Virus record (IMG/VR): IMGVR_UViG_3300020219_000004
Coordinates: 1-42,276 of that record
Source of the DNA: a virus
DNA length: 42,276 bases
Reading direction: 5' to 3' (one strand)
The notes under the pieces were generated by a model. It was not told where the DNA came from. It made no database searches and saw only the letters and a program-made list of their open reading frames with translations. Made by a program: the position numbers and the translations under genes. Positions 1 through 9,034 of the stretch are shown here, piece after piece; position 1 is the stretch's first letter, and each line of letters starts with the position of its first letter.

Positions 1-109
1 GCTAAGAAGAGAGATGATATGAGTAAACTAAATAACAAGGAGGCAGAAATGTCAAAGCAAGAAACAATTACATTAAACGGAAAAGTCTATATGGAAATAG
101 ACCCCAACA
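1..109. repeat. Terminal direct repeat identical to 42168..42276 (circular-assembly overlap or terminal redundancy)
   Basis: Read directly: gctaagaagagagatgatatgag...ggaaatagaccccaaca is present at both window ends, 109/109 identical; unit length 42167 bp. Confidence 0.95.
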
Positions 110-368
110 ACAAAGAGATTAAACCAGCGGTAGAAACTGACCATGTAATCATCGTCGCACAACGAGGCTGGATATTTGAAGGTCATACTGACAAGTCTGT
201 AACGGACAAAATACAGCTATTAAATGCTAATGTGGTTCGTTCGTGGAGTAACGGTAAGGGCATTGGTGGACTTTGTAAAAAAGCATTAAAAGACGATTAT
301 ACGCTTGATGAAGTTGGTACAGTATCATTCCCAGCCGAGGGAGTAATCTGCACGCTTAATATTACCGA

Positions 369-375
<7 letters not shown>
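19..375 (+). CDS. Hypothetical early protein; same reading frame as 42150..42276 once the ends are joined
   Basis: 118-aa ORF. Possible starts: ATG 42150 after GGAGGA, ATG 19, or ATG 49 five nt after AAGGAGG. No recognisable motif. Confidence 0.55.
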
Positions 376-1007
<632 letters not shown>

Positions 1008-1142
1008 CCCCCAAACCTCAAGGAAGATACAGCTACTAATGTAAGGGTGCAAACATTGACATCAACTAGTAGCGCTATGATACCCTGTCATGGTAACCGA
1101 AAGGATTTACAGGACTCCTGCTGAATTGACCCGTCCACCATT

Positions 1143-1748
1143 TTGAAACTCACAACCGTTCTCATAACAGCACTAATCGTACTTATGCCCAAAGGGGTAG
1201 GGGCAGTTAGTGGTATTATTATAGATGCACCTCACGGTGTAGAAAGCCCTTTGGCCGCAGTTTTAACGCTGCCCAGCGAGAGGGCTTTTCTCAATCCCTC
1301 ACAAATTCTCCTAGACCAATTAGAACAAGTGAATAATGAGCGTGTGGCTGCCGTAGAAGCCGCTCAGGCTCGTTTAGACAGAGAGGCGCAGATAGAAAAG
1401 GCTAGAATAGCTCTTACAGAGCGTCTGCGAACGGCAAGAATCCAGCCTAATTCATTTTACTTTGGGAATTGTACATATTTGGTGGCTGGTATTTTAGCCG
1501 TACCTTGGCGTGGTAACGCAAACAGATGGGATAACAACGCCAGAGCTATGGGTTATGTGGTAGATAGTGTACCTAGTATTGGCGCTATTGCGCAGACCGA
1601 CAGAGGGCGTTGGGGACACGTTGCCCTGACCCTAAAGGTTGATGGCGACCAAATCCTAGCTAGAGAAATGAATTACGAGGAGTTTAATGTAGACTCAGAG
1701 CGCTGGGTTGATAAATCTGAGTTTGTATATATTCACGTTCCCCTGTAA
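1143..1748 (+). CDS. Secreted or membrane-anchored CHAP-domain peptidoglycan hydrolase
   Basis: Hydrophobic N-terminus KLTTVLITALIVLM. Catalytic-type Cys in FGNCTYLVAG and His in RWGHVALT, as in CHAP amidase/peptidases. TTG start with no clear SD, so the start is uncertain. Confidence 0.6.
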   Translation: MKLTTVLITALIVLMPKGVGAVSGIIIDAPHGVESPLAAVLTLPSERAFLNPSQILLDQLEQVNNERVAAVEAAQARLDREAQIEKARIALTERLRTARIQPNSFYFGNCTYLVAGILAVPWRGNANRWDNNARAMGYVVDSVPSIGAIAQTDRGRWGHVALTLKVDGDQILAREMNYEEFNVDSERWVDKSEFVYIHVPL

Positions 1749-1791
1749 AATATAGACGCATAAAATAAAACAGACCACTGGAGATTTGATA

Positions 1792-1959
1792 ATGAAAGAT
1801 AGTTACTGGCCTGATTTTACTTCTCAGTACCAAGACCTCGTCCCCCAAGATCTTAAAAAACTACGCTTAGAGGCAGCCAAATTACAGATGCGTAAATTCC
1901 GTTGGTTTATGAGGATTGTTAAGTCTGGTATACATAGAATGGGTGGTCAGTTTTTTTAA
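1792..1959 (+). CDS. Small hypothetical protein (55 aa)
   Basis: ATG 7 nt after GGAG; MKDSYWPDFTSQYQDLVPQDLKKLRLEAAKLQMRKFRWFMRIVKSGIHRMGGQFF. Below the ORF-track size cutoff. Confidence 0.3.
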   Translation: MKDSYWPDFTSQYQDLVPQDLKKLRLEAAKLQMRKFRWFMRIVKSGIHRMGGQFF

Positions 1960-2104
1960 TCTCCAGGTTTATGTCTGACGGGCAGACCACCGAGATAGAC
2001 CTTACGGCTTACGGACAGAGCCACCGACACATTGCTAATTCGTTACATTAGATGTTCACCCACGCACATTATACCTGATTGTGGGTAAACAGTTTCGATA
2101 CGGT

Positions 2105-2311
2105 TTAGGGTTGATGACTTCTTAGCCAGGCGATATGTCGTGCCTGGGCTTGCTCATCTGTCATTTCGCCAACTTCAACAAATATCTGCAAGTCACGCCA
2201 ATTATCTTCTTCTAGCGCCCTCTGGTGGTCGTATTCCAAGAGAGCTTCGTCTATTTGGTGCAGGATGCCCTCATCCTTGGGACTTGGTTCGTCTTCCATG
2301 TTCCCTGCCAA
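2105..2311 (-). CDS. Hypothetical acidic protein
   Basis: 68-aa ORF, last gene of the minus-strand block; overlaps the whiB 3' end. Confidence 0.45.
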   Translation of the reverse strand: MAGNMEDEPSPKDEGILHQIDEALLEYDHQRALEEDNWRDLQIFVEVGEMTDEQAQARHIAWLRSHQP

Positions 2312-2543
2312 TGTTCCTACTTAAGCGGTCACGTTCCCGTTCCGTAAGTCCTGCCCAAACGCCCCCTCGTTCCTTATGGGCTAGTGCTTCTGTTCTACAG
2401 AGGTCAATCACGCAGCAATTTTCGCAGATACTTTTGGCGATGGCAATAGCTTTTTTGTCCCCATCTTCAGGGTGCATCACCGAGACATCCACCAGGCGGC
2501 AATTTCCCTGGTCAGATAATATCTCTTGGGGTTTCATCGTCAT
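2271..2543 (-). CDS. whiB: WhiB-family (Wbl) Fe-S transcription factor
   Basis: Four Cys in WhiB spacing (C15 ... CENCCVIDLC) followed by the GVWAG turn and a basic tail (TERERDRLSRN). Confidence 0.8.
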   Translation of the reverse strand: MTMKPQEILSDQGNCRLVDVSVMHPEDGDKKAIAIAKSICENCCVIDLCRTEALAHKERGGVWAGLTERERDRLSRNIGREHGRRTKSQG

Positions 2544-2673
2544 CCTTATTATGTTCGCTCATATAATCAGGCGCTTCGTCGGGTAAAAATCTAAACCAAC
2601 CCATAACAATCTCACCTAGCTTTTTTATGCTTGGCAGAATCTCAATCTTGGGAAATGGTTCTTTGTCTACCAT
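2512..2673 (-). CDS. Small hypothetical protein (53 aa)
   Basis: ATG four nt after GAGGTG; its start overlaps the stop of the upstream 44-aa ORF (ATGGTAG). Confidence 0.3.
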   Translation of the reverse strand: MVDKEPFPKIEILPSIKKLGEIVMGWFRFLPDEAPDYMSEHNKDDDETPRDII

Positions 2674-2801
2674 ACTTCACCTCTAAACCATCCAGCTATC
2701 AAGAAACCAACCGCCAGAAAACCAACGGCAGGTACCACAAAACTAAACGTCTGTAAGATTACAAAGGTTATCGTAAAGATGATACCCACCAAGATGAACA
2801 T
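2667..2801 (-). CDS. Small hydrophobic membrane peptide (44 aa), lysis-cassette associated
   Basis: MFILVGIIFTITFVILQTFSFVVPAVGFLAVGFLIAGWFRGEVW; almost entirely hydrophobic and downstream of the endolysin. Confidence 0.35.
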   Translation of the reverse strand: MFILVGIIFTITFVILQTFSFVVPAVGFLAVGFLIAGWFRGEVW

Positions 2802-2805
2802 TTTT

Positions 2806-2988
2806 TTATGCCTTTCGGATAGCGTCGGCGTAACCAACACCGAGTAGAACGGTTATAGCTCGTTCTATGTCTACGTTGCGGTCAATAACTTGTGTAGTCA
2901 CTGCACCAGCGTAAACAATTAGAACCAGCTTGCCAAGTAAACGCTTTCGTCCATCCAGTCTTGCCCAGAATGATTTTAATAGACTCAT
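2806..2988 (-). CDS. Small membrane protein (lysis-associated candidate)
   Basis: 60-aa ORF with hydrophobic core LGKLVLIVYAGAVTT, immediately downstream of the M23 endolysin. Confidence 0.45.
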   Translation of the reverse strand: MSLLKSFWARLDGRKRLLGKLVLIVYAGAVTTQVIDRNVDIERAITVLLGVGYADAIRKA

Positions 2989-2998
2989 ATTTTCCTCC

Positions 2999-3679
2999 TT
3001 AAATTATTTCCCCATCACTATCTACGAATATATCGACCAATCCATATGTATCGGTACGGATAGTGACAGTATTGGGGTACTTACTCACAGCCTCTATCCT
3101 GTAGGTAAGACCAGGTTTTCCGCCTGGACCATGATAATAATTCTGAGGTATCAGGTAGCCAATTCGTTGTGAACGGATAGGTTGCTGCCCCACACGGTAA
3201 ACACTCCATTGTGGTACAGGGTGCAAATATAACATACGTCCAATTCTAGTGTCTCCAGTTGGTACGGGTGCTGGCGGTTGAGCCACAACTAATGCCTCGG
3301 TGTCTACATAGTTAGCGAATCCGTCACCAAAGCCTGTACCACCCTTACGTGCGTCCCAGTGGATGTGTGGCCCTGTACTTGATGAACCAGTGGAACCTGA
3401 CAGGCCTACTTGCTGACCTTCGGTAATATACCTACCGTTCGGTACGAGCCGTTGGTTTAGATGCAGCAAACGATGCCGCCTGCCGTCATCACCATCTATT
3501 TCGATATAATTGCCAACAGTATTTGACCAGCCTTGAGCCGCAATTTTCCCATTAACGGGGGCTACTATAGGGTTGTTACGCGACAGAGCATAATCCGTCC
3601 CTAGATGCTTACCATAAAAACCACCTGTGGGGCTACCGTGTTTGCTTGTGATGTTTGTGGATGAGCTTGGTCTGCGCAT
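2999..3679 (-). CDS. M23-family metallopeptidase endolysin
   Basis: HxxxD (HLGTD) and HxH (PHIHWD) zinc motifs in M23/LytM arrangement. The C-terminal ~90 aa may be a wall-binding module. Confidence 0.8.
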   Translation of the reverse strand: MRRPSSSTNITSKHGSPTGGFYGKHLGTDYALSRNNPIVAPVNGKIAAQGWSNTVGNYIEIDGDDGRRHRLLHLNQRLVPNGRYITEGQQVGLSGSTGSSSTGPHIHWDARKGGTGFGDGFANYVDTEALVVAQPPAPVPTGDTRIGRMLYLHPVPQWSVYRVGQQPIRSQRIGYLIPQNYYHGPGGKPGLTYRIEAVSKYPNTVTIRTDTYGLVDIFVDSDGEII

Positions 3680-3746
3680 TACTACTCCTTATTTCCTATT
3701 GAATTGTAACCAGCTTATTATACACTTAAAATTTAGCGCCATATTA

Positions 3747-3974
3747 CTAATCCCTCGCTTCCTTTTTCTTTTCTTCTACTAATTCGGGTAATTGACCGTT
3801 TAATTTACGCAGAAAGGTCGTAGCTTCACGGCTGGCGGCTGTTTGCTGCACGGCTGCTCTGGTATGTTCTTTCAGGTCTTTAGAGAGGGTTTTAGCAAGA
3901 TATTTAGCAAGCCAGATATTACCACCCATCGCAGTTGCAGCTAGGGCTATTGAGGCTAGGGCTACGGCTTCCAT
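3747..3974 (-). CDS. Holin-like small membrane protein
   Basis: 75 aa with an N-terminal hydrophobic helix (AVALASIALAATAMGGNIWLA) and a charged C-terminus, directly upstream of the endolysin. Confidence 0.45.
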   Translation of the reverse strand: MEAVALASIALAATAMGGNIWLAKYLAKTLSKDLKEHTRAAVQQTAASREATTFLRKLNGQLPELVEEKKKEARD

Positions 3975-4041
3975 TATAGTGTTCTCAATTTATTTCCTTT
4001 AGTTGGTTGGACTCGGTGGTCATGGTTATTCCTTATTAAAA

Positions 4042-4083
4042 AGACGACAATGGTATGCCGTCTGAGCTATGGGTATAGTAGCA
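4042..4083 (-). promoter_or_regulatory. Intergenic cassette copy 1: TGCTACTAT (-10-like), AGCTCAGACGGC, hairpin, U-tract
   Basis: Minus strand reads tgctactat-acccat-agctcAGACGgcataccattgtCGTCTttttaataaggaataaccATG. Paralogous to the cassettes at 10091..10129 and 15596..15645. Confidence 0.4.
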
Positions 4084-4085
4084 CA

Positions 4086-7000
4086 TTAGTTATCTCTCCA
4101 GGCTTTTCTTTTCCGCAACCCGCCTATCCTCACTTTGTTGTCCTCTACTTTCTCGCGTTCTTCTTTGTCTAATTTATAACCCTGTTTTTCCAATAATTTA
4201 TCCAATATATTGTTATATTCATAACTAATTGTCCGGGCCTTATCCATATCCCTCTGTTTTAGAGCTTCATTAATCCTGTCATCAAACCCACCCTTTGAGG
4301 GGTCACCAGTCAGCTTACTCCAAACACTATCGGGCTTATCCATTCTGTCTTTTCGTGACTGTACAAATTCTGGGTAACGAGCTTCAGATATGTGGGCCTC
4401 TCGGAGTATCATTTTAATAGTTTTCTTCTTAGATTCATCATACTTATCGTCACCTAAATTATTAACCATATTTTCAATTGCTTGACGAGTAGGCAACCCG
4501 TTAGCGGTTTTTAGTTCTGGAGCGAAGTAACTAAGTTCAACCATTCCCTCTTTGATCATATTAAAACGTTTAGGCACAAACCCTGCCCCGACCAGAGCCT
4601 TCTCCCAGTCCGATGGTTGGACTACTTGTTCTTCACCTAATTTTAGAAATTGGTACATATTCCATGCAGCCGGAGAGATGCGTATGGCTTTTGCTAAATC
4701 TTTAGGGTCTTTAGTTTCCGCGTATTTTTTTAGGTATTTCTGGATTAAGATTAGATCACTGCCACTCGGCCCCCCAACTATAGAGGCAAATTTAAGCCAA
4801 TCATTATCTTCAAACTTATCTCCAGTCGGGAGAACGTCCGCAGGGTTTACCCCCGCCCGCCTAGAAATATCTATATTCACAAATGATAAAACTCCCCTGA
4901 ACCATCCAGGTTCTTCTTGGTCTTCACCTCTAAGCAAAAGAAACATAACTATAGCAAAGAGGGGTGACAGAGCTACTCTAGCTCCTCCTATTGCGGCGTT
5001 TGTGCCAATAAACCTTGCCGCCCGCTTCATTTTAGCTTGTTTGGTGGGGAACATATCATCAAAATACTGCTCCATACCACCGACAGGCTTGCCAATTAAA
5101 ACGTTCGTGGCATTATATAAGTAACCAATTGAGAATGTCTTAAACTGTCCGAAAGTTTTACCTAATGGATGGCGATAGATTTTACCTAAATCAGAAGTAC
5201 CATAGACTAGGTTATGTGCACTATTCGCATCCTTGGCGAACTGTAAAGACTTATCATGGTCATATTTTAATTTTAGACGCGCATAATAATAAGAACCTAC
5301 GCCTAACTCTGAACGGTTGGCGACTTCTGCTTTACTGAATAGTCCTAATGGTTTTAGTAATCCTCTTAGCCCTTTTTGAGAACCTGGCCTGCTAACTCGG
5401 AAGCGTACTTGGTCGCCCACCTCAACCTTTGTTGGTTGGGTGTTTATCTTTAATTCTTCGATTATCTGCTTACCTTCTTTGGTGAGTACCTTGCCTGAAC
5501 CATAAAATAACCAACTACCTATATCCGAATACCCCATCTGTAGGTTCTGAAGGCGGTTTATGAGTGCCGTACTTGGTCGATAACCTAATTTTAGGGGAGC
5601 TTGGATACGGTTGAGCCTCTTAGCTAGGGTATTGATATTTATACCCAAGAAATAAACTGGGTCAATATACTTACCACCGACTGTATCTATGTAGTCTTGA
5701 GTTTCTTGTTTTAACCATTGAGTTTTTATCTTACCCACCTCATTCTGAGCTTTTTTAGCAAATGGCTCTAAGTAGCGTTTACGAGAAATCCTGTCCCAAA
5801 GAAATGTATAGGTAAGTTCGGGGTCAGTAATGTATCCTTCTAAATTAGCTTTACGTTGTTTGAACGCACCAACAAATTTAGGACGGGGTTTAGTTGCAAC
5901 AACACCTTGTATCTCATTTAATATTTCAGTAGAACTAACCTCTAGTTTATCGGCCATTTTAGTAACAAAAGACCAAAACCCTTTCTGCGATAAAAGAGTA
6001 GTAGGTGCGTTCTCTTTCATGAACTTAGGTTTAATTGTTATATTTTTCGGGTCTACTCCACTGTTAATTAGCTCCTCTGCTTTTTGGAGGGCTGGGCCAC
6101 GACGACCAATAAATTTAACGTGTCCGTCTACTACAACTGCCTGGTCGCCTATGAATAAGTGGTGGAAGTAATTAAAAGTATCAAACCGCCACTGGGAGGT
6201 GTCAATATCAAACTCGGTTTCAGCAATCTTACGAATTTCAGCATTGAACCAACGCATGCCCTCTATAGCTTTGCGATATTTAGGTTTAAGTTTCTTGACC
6301 TCAGCCTCACTAATGCCTTCTTCTTGAAGTTTAACCAATTCTGTTTTCTCGGCTTCTTTTAGCCCCTTGAAAGATTCAGCAGAATGTTGGCGACCTTCAT
6401 CTACCATTGCCTCGTAGTCTGTTTGAGCATTACGTCCAGCTTGGAATATTTGACCAGCCACAGGGTCTTTTTTGCCTAGCTCACGCATAGGCGTAACTCC
6501 CAAAACAGAACCAAGGGTACGACGTGGCTGATCTACAACTTCCACACCCTTTTTTCTGAGTAATCTACCTAGCCTAGATTTGTTGACTGGCTTGGGGATA
6601 GTACCAACATAACCACCTGATTCTACGCTCAGGCGGGCTTTGTCTAGGCGGTCTTGGGCAGTTTCGGCGGTGGGGCCTTCTTCTTTGGCTATATCAGCCC
6701 TGCTTAGGGGCTTCGGTGTGCCTTTGGGTTTAGCTTGTGTGGGTGGGGTGGTTTTCTGCGGTGTTACTTTTGGTTTAGGGGTTGGGGATGCTTGTTGATA
6801 CTCTGCACGGAGTTGGGAGGTGGTTTTAACTGCACTTGGTTCAAATACAAAGGTTGCATTAGTTCCAAGTTCTGTACTTTTTACTCCAACAAAGCCGTCT
6901 CTTTTAAGCTGTGCAATTATTTTAGGGTCTTTCGCTATCTCTTGTGTTTGAAGGTCATCTTCCCATCCATATTTTGTTTGAGTGTTTGCATCATAGACCT

Positions 7001-9026
7001 TGCCATTAACTTTAGTTTCAATAGTTGAAGCACTTTTAAAGTTTTTCCCGAAGGTATCAGCACTGGATTTTTTGTCATACAAGAATACACCCTTTTCCAT
7101 TTTACCCCCACTTGCCTGACTCATTTTTCCAATATCTCCAGAAAAACCGTTTGCTTCTATTTTAGAAACATTTTCTACTGGTGTGGAGTGAAAGTAAGTT
7201 CCCTGCCCCTTCATAAACTGCTCCTCTGTGAGACCGTCTTTAACGGCTTGTTTAGCAGGACTTACTTCTGGTACAGAGGGTTTAGGGGTTATAGGCTTCA
7301 ATGAACCTTTGGGTTTTGGTGTAGGCTTCTCAACAGTTGGTGGAGCGACTTCAGGTTTTGTCTCTGTTGCAGGTGGTTTTACTGTGTCAGGAAAAGACTT
7401 TTTGAACTTATCTATGGTGTAGTTTAATTGAGTTGGTGTCAGTTCTGTCCCTGCTTCTTCTATGTACTTAGTAAAGCCCTCTACTGTAGGTTCTTCCCCT
7501 GTTTTTATATACTCAGCTATCTGATTCTCAACAGTGACATGGGGAGTTTCTGTGGCCTTCTCCGCACCTTGATCTTCAGCTAACTGTTGCTCTGCTGAAC
7601 CAGCCATACGGTTAGCTATCTTATCGGCTAGTTGTTGAGGCAAACCAGCCTGTACTAGTTTAGGGCTAATCTCTAAGGCAATATCTCCACCTCCACCAAC
7701 CAAAGCTCCATACATGCCCTCTGTGGCCGCCTGTTGAACTACTTTGGTCCAGTCAGTGTCTTTATAAGTAGCACCAATAGTAGACTGGGCTGCGCTCTGA
7801 GTAAGCTCCTGTGCGCCTTCTGTGACCATACGAGTAATAAACTTCCTAACGGGACTACCGCCAGCACCCAGGAACTTATCTAGTCCAATCTTCTCAAGTC
7901 CGGCCTCAGCTATTCCAGCTGGTATAGCTGTTACCAGTCCCTGCAAGTTGGACTTGCCCTCTTCCCTCACAGCACGGTACTGTTCTGCGCCGGCTTTAAC
8001 TCCAAACAGGGTAGCAGCAGTTGTTGGACTCCCTAGGGTAGCAGCGGCTAATGAAAAGGCCAATGATCCAGCACCGGAACCTAGGTTGACTACAAAGGAG
8101 TTTTCACCCGGACGCGCCCCAGTACTGTAGCCAGACAGTACGTCCATAGTTTCATCAGAGGCTTTACCTACTTTTTGTAATCTTTGACCGGCGCTGTTGA
8201 ATGGTGTAGTAGCTTCTATGGCACCACCGGCAAGAGAAGCTACATCTCCGGGGATGCTTAGTACGCTAGTACCAACTGAGCCTCCGAAAGCACCAAGAGC
8301 CTGTCCTACTGAACTTCGTGGATTGTCCGGCCTCAGGAGGTCCTGTGCTGTCAACTGCTTCTCGTCTACGCTAGTAATGCCTTCAATAATAGCTACAGCC
8401 TGAGGTTGGTTAATCTTTCCAGCCCTTAGTTTCTCACTGACCTTCTGTACTTCGGACTGTTTCCATGCTTGTATGTCTTCTTTGGTTGGCGTGATTTCAC
8501 GCCTAGGGTTAGGCCTGTCAGCCAGTGTCTTAGTAAACTCTTTGGCGTAGCCAGCTTGGTCTATTTCTCCTGACTTGAGCCTCTGATTGAGAGCTTCGTG
8601 CATAGCAACAGTTTCGTCCCTGTCAGCATTAGTAGTCTGAGGAGGGTTAATTTTATCCTTCTGTTGCTGTTCGTAGGTCTTAGCTTCCCCCCTATCCATC
8701 CTTTTCTGCTGGTCTTGCGGTGAGTTAGCCTCAAACACATCACCAAATTTTTCCCAGACACTACGCTTGCGGACAGTCTCTTTGGCACGGTCTCCGGCTT
8801 CTTTTTGGACTTTCTTTTTTTCAGCTTCTTTATCGGCGGTTGCTTGGGCTAGTAATGAACGTGCGTCTTCTTCAGGTGTAATATGGCGTTCTTCATCATC
8901 ATCCCAAACCCAATCGTCATCAGGGCGCTTTCTATTTGTGCGGTAATTTCTAGTCCACTCAACGTACTTATTCCCTCCACCAGAAGTGCTTTGCTTGCTG
9001 GTCCAGGCGGTATATTTATTGGCCAT
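4086..9026 (-). CDS. Very large virion-associated protein (1646 aa; ejection/internal-core-like or tape-measure-like), multidomain
   Basis: Uninterrupted 4.9-kb ORF at the distal end of the structural block. Gly/Ala-rich hydrophobic segments at aa ~240-450. A ~140-aa module is flanked by Pro/Thr/Lys linkers at aa ~549-776. Confidence 0.7.
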   Translation of the reverse strand: MANKYTAWTSKQSTSGGGNKYVEWTRNYRTNRKRPDDDWVWDDDEERHITPEEDARSLLAQATADKEAEKKKVQKEAGDRAKETVRKRSVWEKFGDVFEANSPQDQQKRMDRGEAKTYEQQQKDKINPPQTTNADRDETVAMHEALNQRLKSGEIDQAGYAKEFTKTLADRPNPRREITPTKEDIQAWKQSEVQKVSEKLRAGKINQPQAVAIIEGITSVDEKQLTAQDLLRPDNPRSSVGQALGAFGGSVGTSVLSIPGDVASLAGGAIEATTPFNSAGQRLQKVGKASDETMDVLSGYSTGARPGENSFVVNLGSGAGSLAFSLAAATLGSPTTAATLFGVKAGAEQYRAVREEGKSNLQGLVTAIPAGIAEAGLEKIGLDKFLGAGGSPVRKFITRMVTEGAQELTQSAAQSTIGATYKDTDWTKVVQQAATEGMYGALVGGGGDIALEISPKLVQAGLPQQLADKIANRMAGSAEQQLAEDQGAEKATETPHVTVENQIAEYIKTGEEPTVEGFTKYIEEAGTELTPTQLNYTIDKFKKSFPDTVKPPATETKPEVAPPTVEKPTPKPKGSLKPITPKPSVPEVSPAKQAVKDGLTEEQFMKGQGTYFHSTPVENVSKIEANGFSGDIGKMSQASGGKMEKGVFLYDKKSSADTFGKNFKSASTIETKVNGKVYDANTQTKYGWEDDLQTQEIAKDPKIIAQLKRDGFVGVKSTELGTNATFVFEPSAVKTTSQLRAEYQQASPTPKPKVTPQKTTPPTQAKPKGTPKPLSRADIAKEEGPTAETAQDRLDKARLSVESGGYVGTIPKPVNKSRLGRLLRKKGVEVVDQPRRTLGSVLGVTPMRELGKKDPVAGQIFQAGRNAQTDYEAMVDEGRQHSAESFKGLKEAEKTELVKLQEEGISEAEVKKLKPKYRKAIEGMRWFNAEIRKIAETEFDIDTSQWRFDTFNYFHHLFIGDQAVVVDGHVKFIGRRGPALQKAEELINSGVDPKNITIKPKFMKENAPTTLLSQKGFWSFVTKMADKLEVSSTEILNEIQGVVATKPRPKFVGAFKQRKANLEGYITDPELTYTFLWDRISRKRYLEPFAKKAQNEVGKIKTQWLKQETQDYIDTVGGKYIDPVYFLGININTLAKRLNRIQAPLKLGYRPSTALINRLQNLQMGYSDIGSWLFYGSGKVLTKEGKQIIEELKINTQPTKVEVGDQVRFRVSRPGSQKGLRGLLKPLGLFSKAEVANRSELGVGSYYYARLKLKYDHDKSLQFAKDANSAHNLVYGTSDLGKIYRHPLGKTFGQFKTFSIGYLYNATNVLIGKPVGGMEQYFDDMFPTKQAKMKRAARFIGTNAAIGGARVALSPLFAIVMFLLLRGEDQEEPGWFRGVLSFVNIDISRRAGVNPADVLPTGDKFEDNDWLKFASIVGGPSGSDLILIQKYLKKYAETKDPKDLAKAIRISPAAWNMYQFLKLGEEQVVQPSDWEKALVGAGFVPKRFNMIKEGMVELSYFAPELKTANGLPTRQAIENMVNNLGDDKYDESKKKTIKMILREAHISEARYPEFVQSRKDRMDKPDSVWSKLTGDPSKGGFDDRINEALKQRDMDKARTISYEYNNILDKLLEKQGYKLDKEEREKVEDNKVRIGGLRKRKAWRDN

Positions 9027-9034
9027 ATACCCTC

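Noticed and set aside
3985-4023. 12-codon mini-ORF (MTTESNQLKEIN) after the cassette-1 SD, upstream of the holin-like gene
   Set aside because: It is too short to support as a gene. It may be a coupling or leader peptide, or the holin-like gene start may be mis-assigned. The sequence alone cannot decide.
4552-8403. Multiple plus-strand ORFs (for example 4552..5124, 5830..6171, 6735..7028, 7822..8130) inside the 1646-aa gene
   Set aside because: They are antisense shadows of a long, clearly coding minus-strand ORF. Their composition is low-complexity or odd, and they have no SD sequences. The same reasoning applies to antisense ORFs inside the portal, TerL, GroEL, capsid and tail genes.
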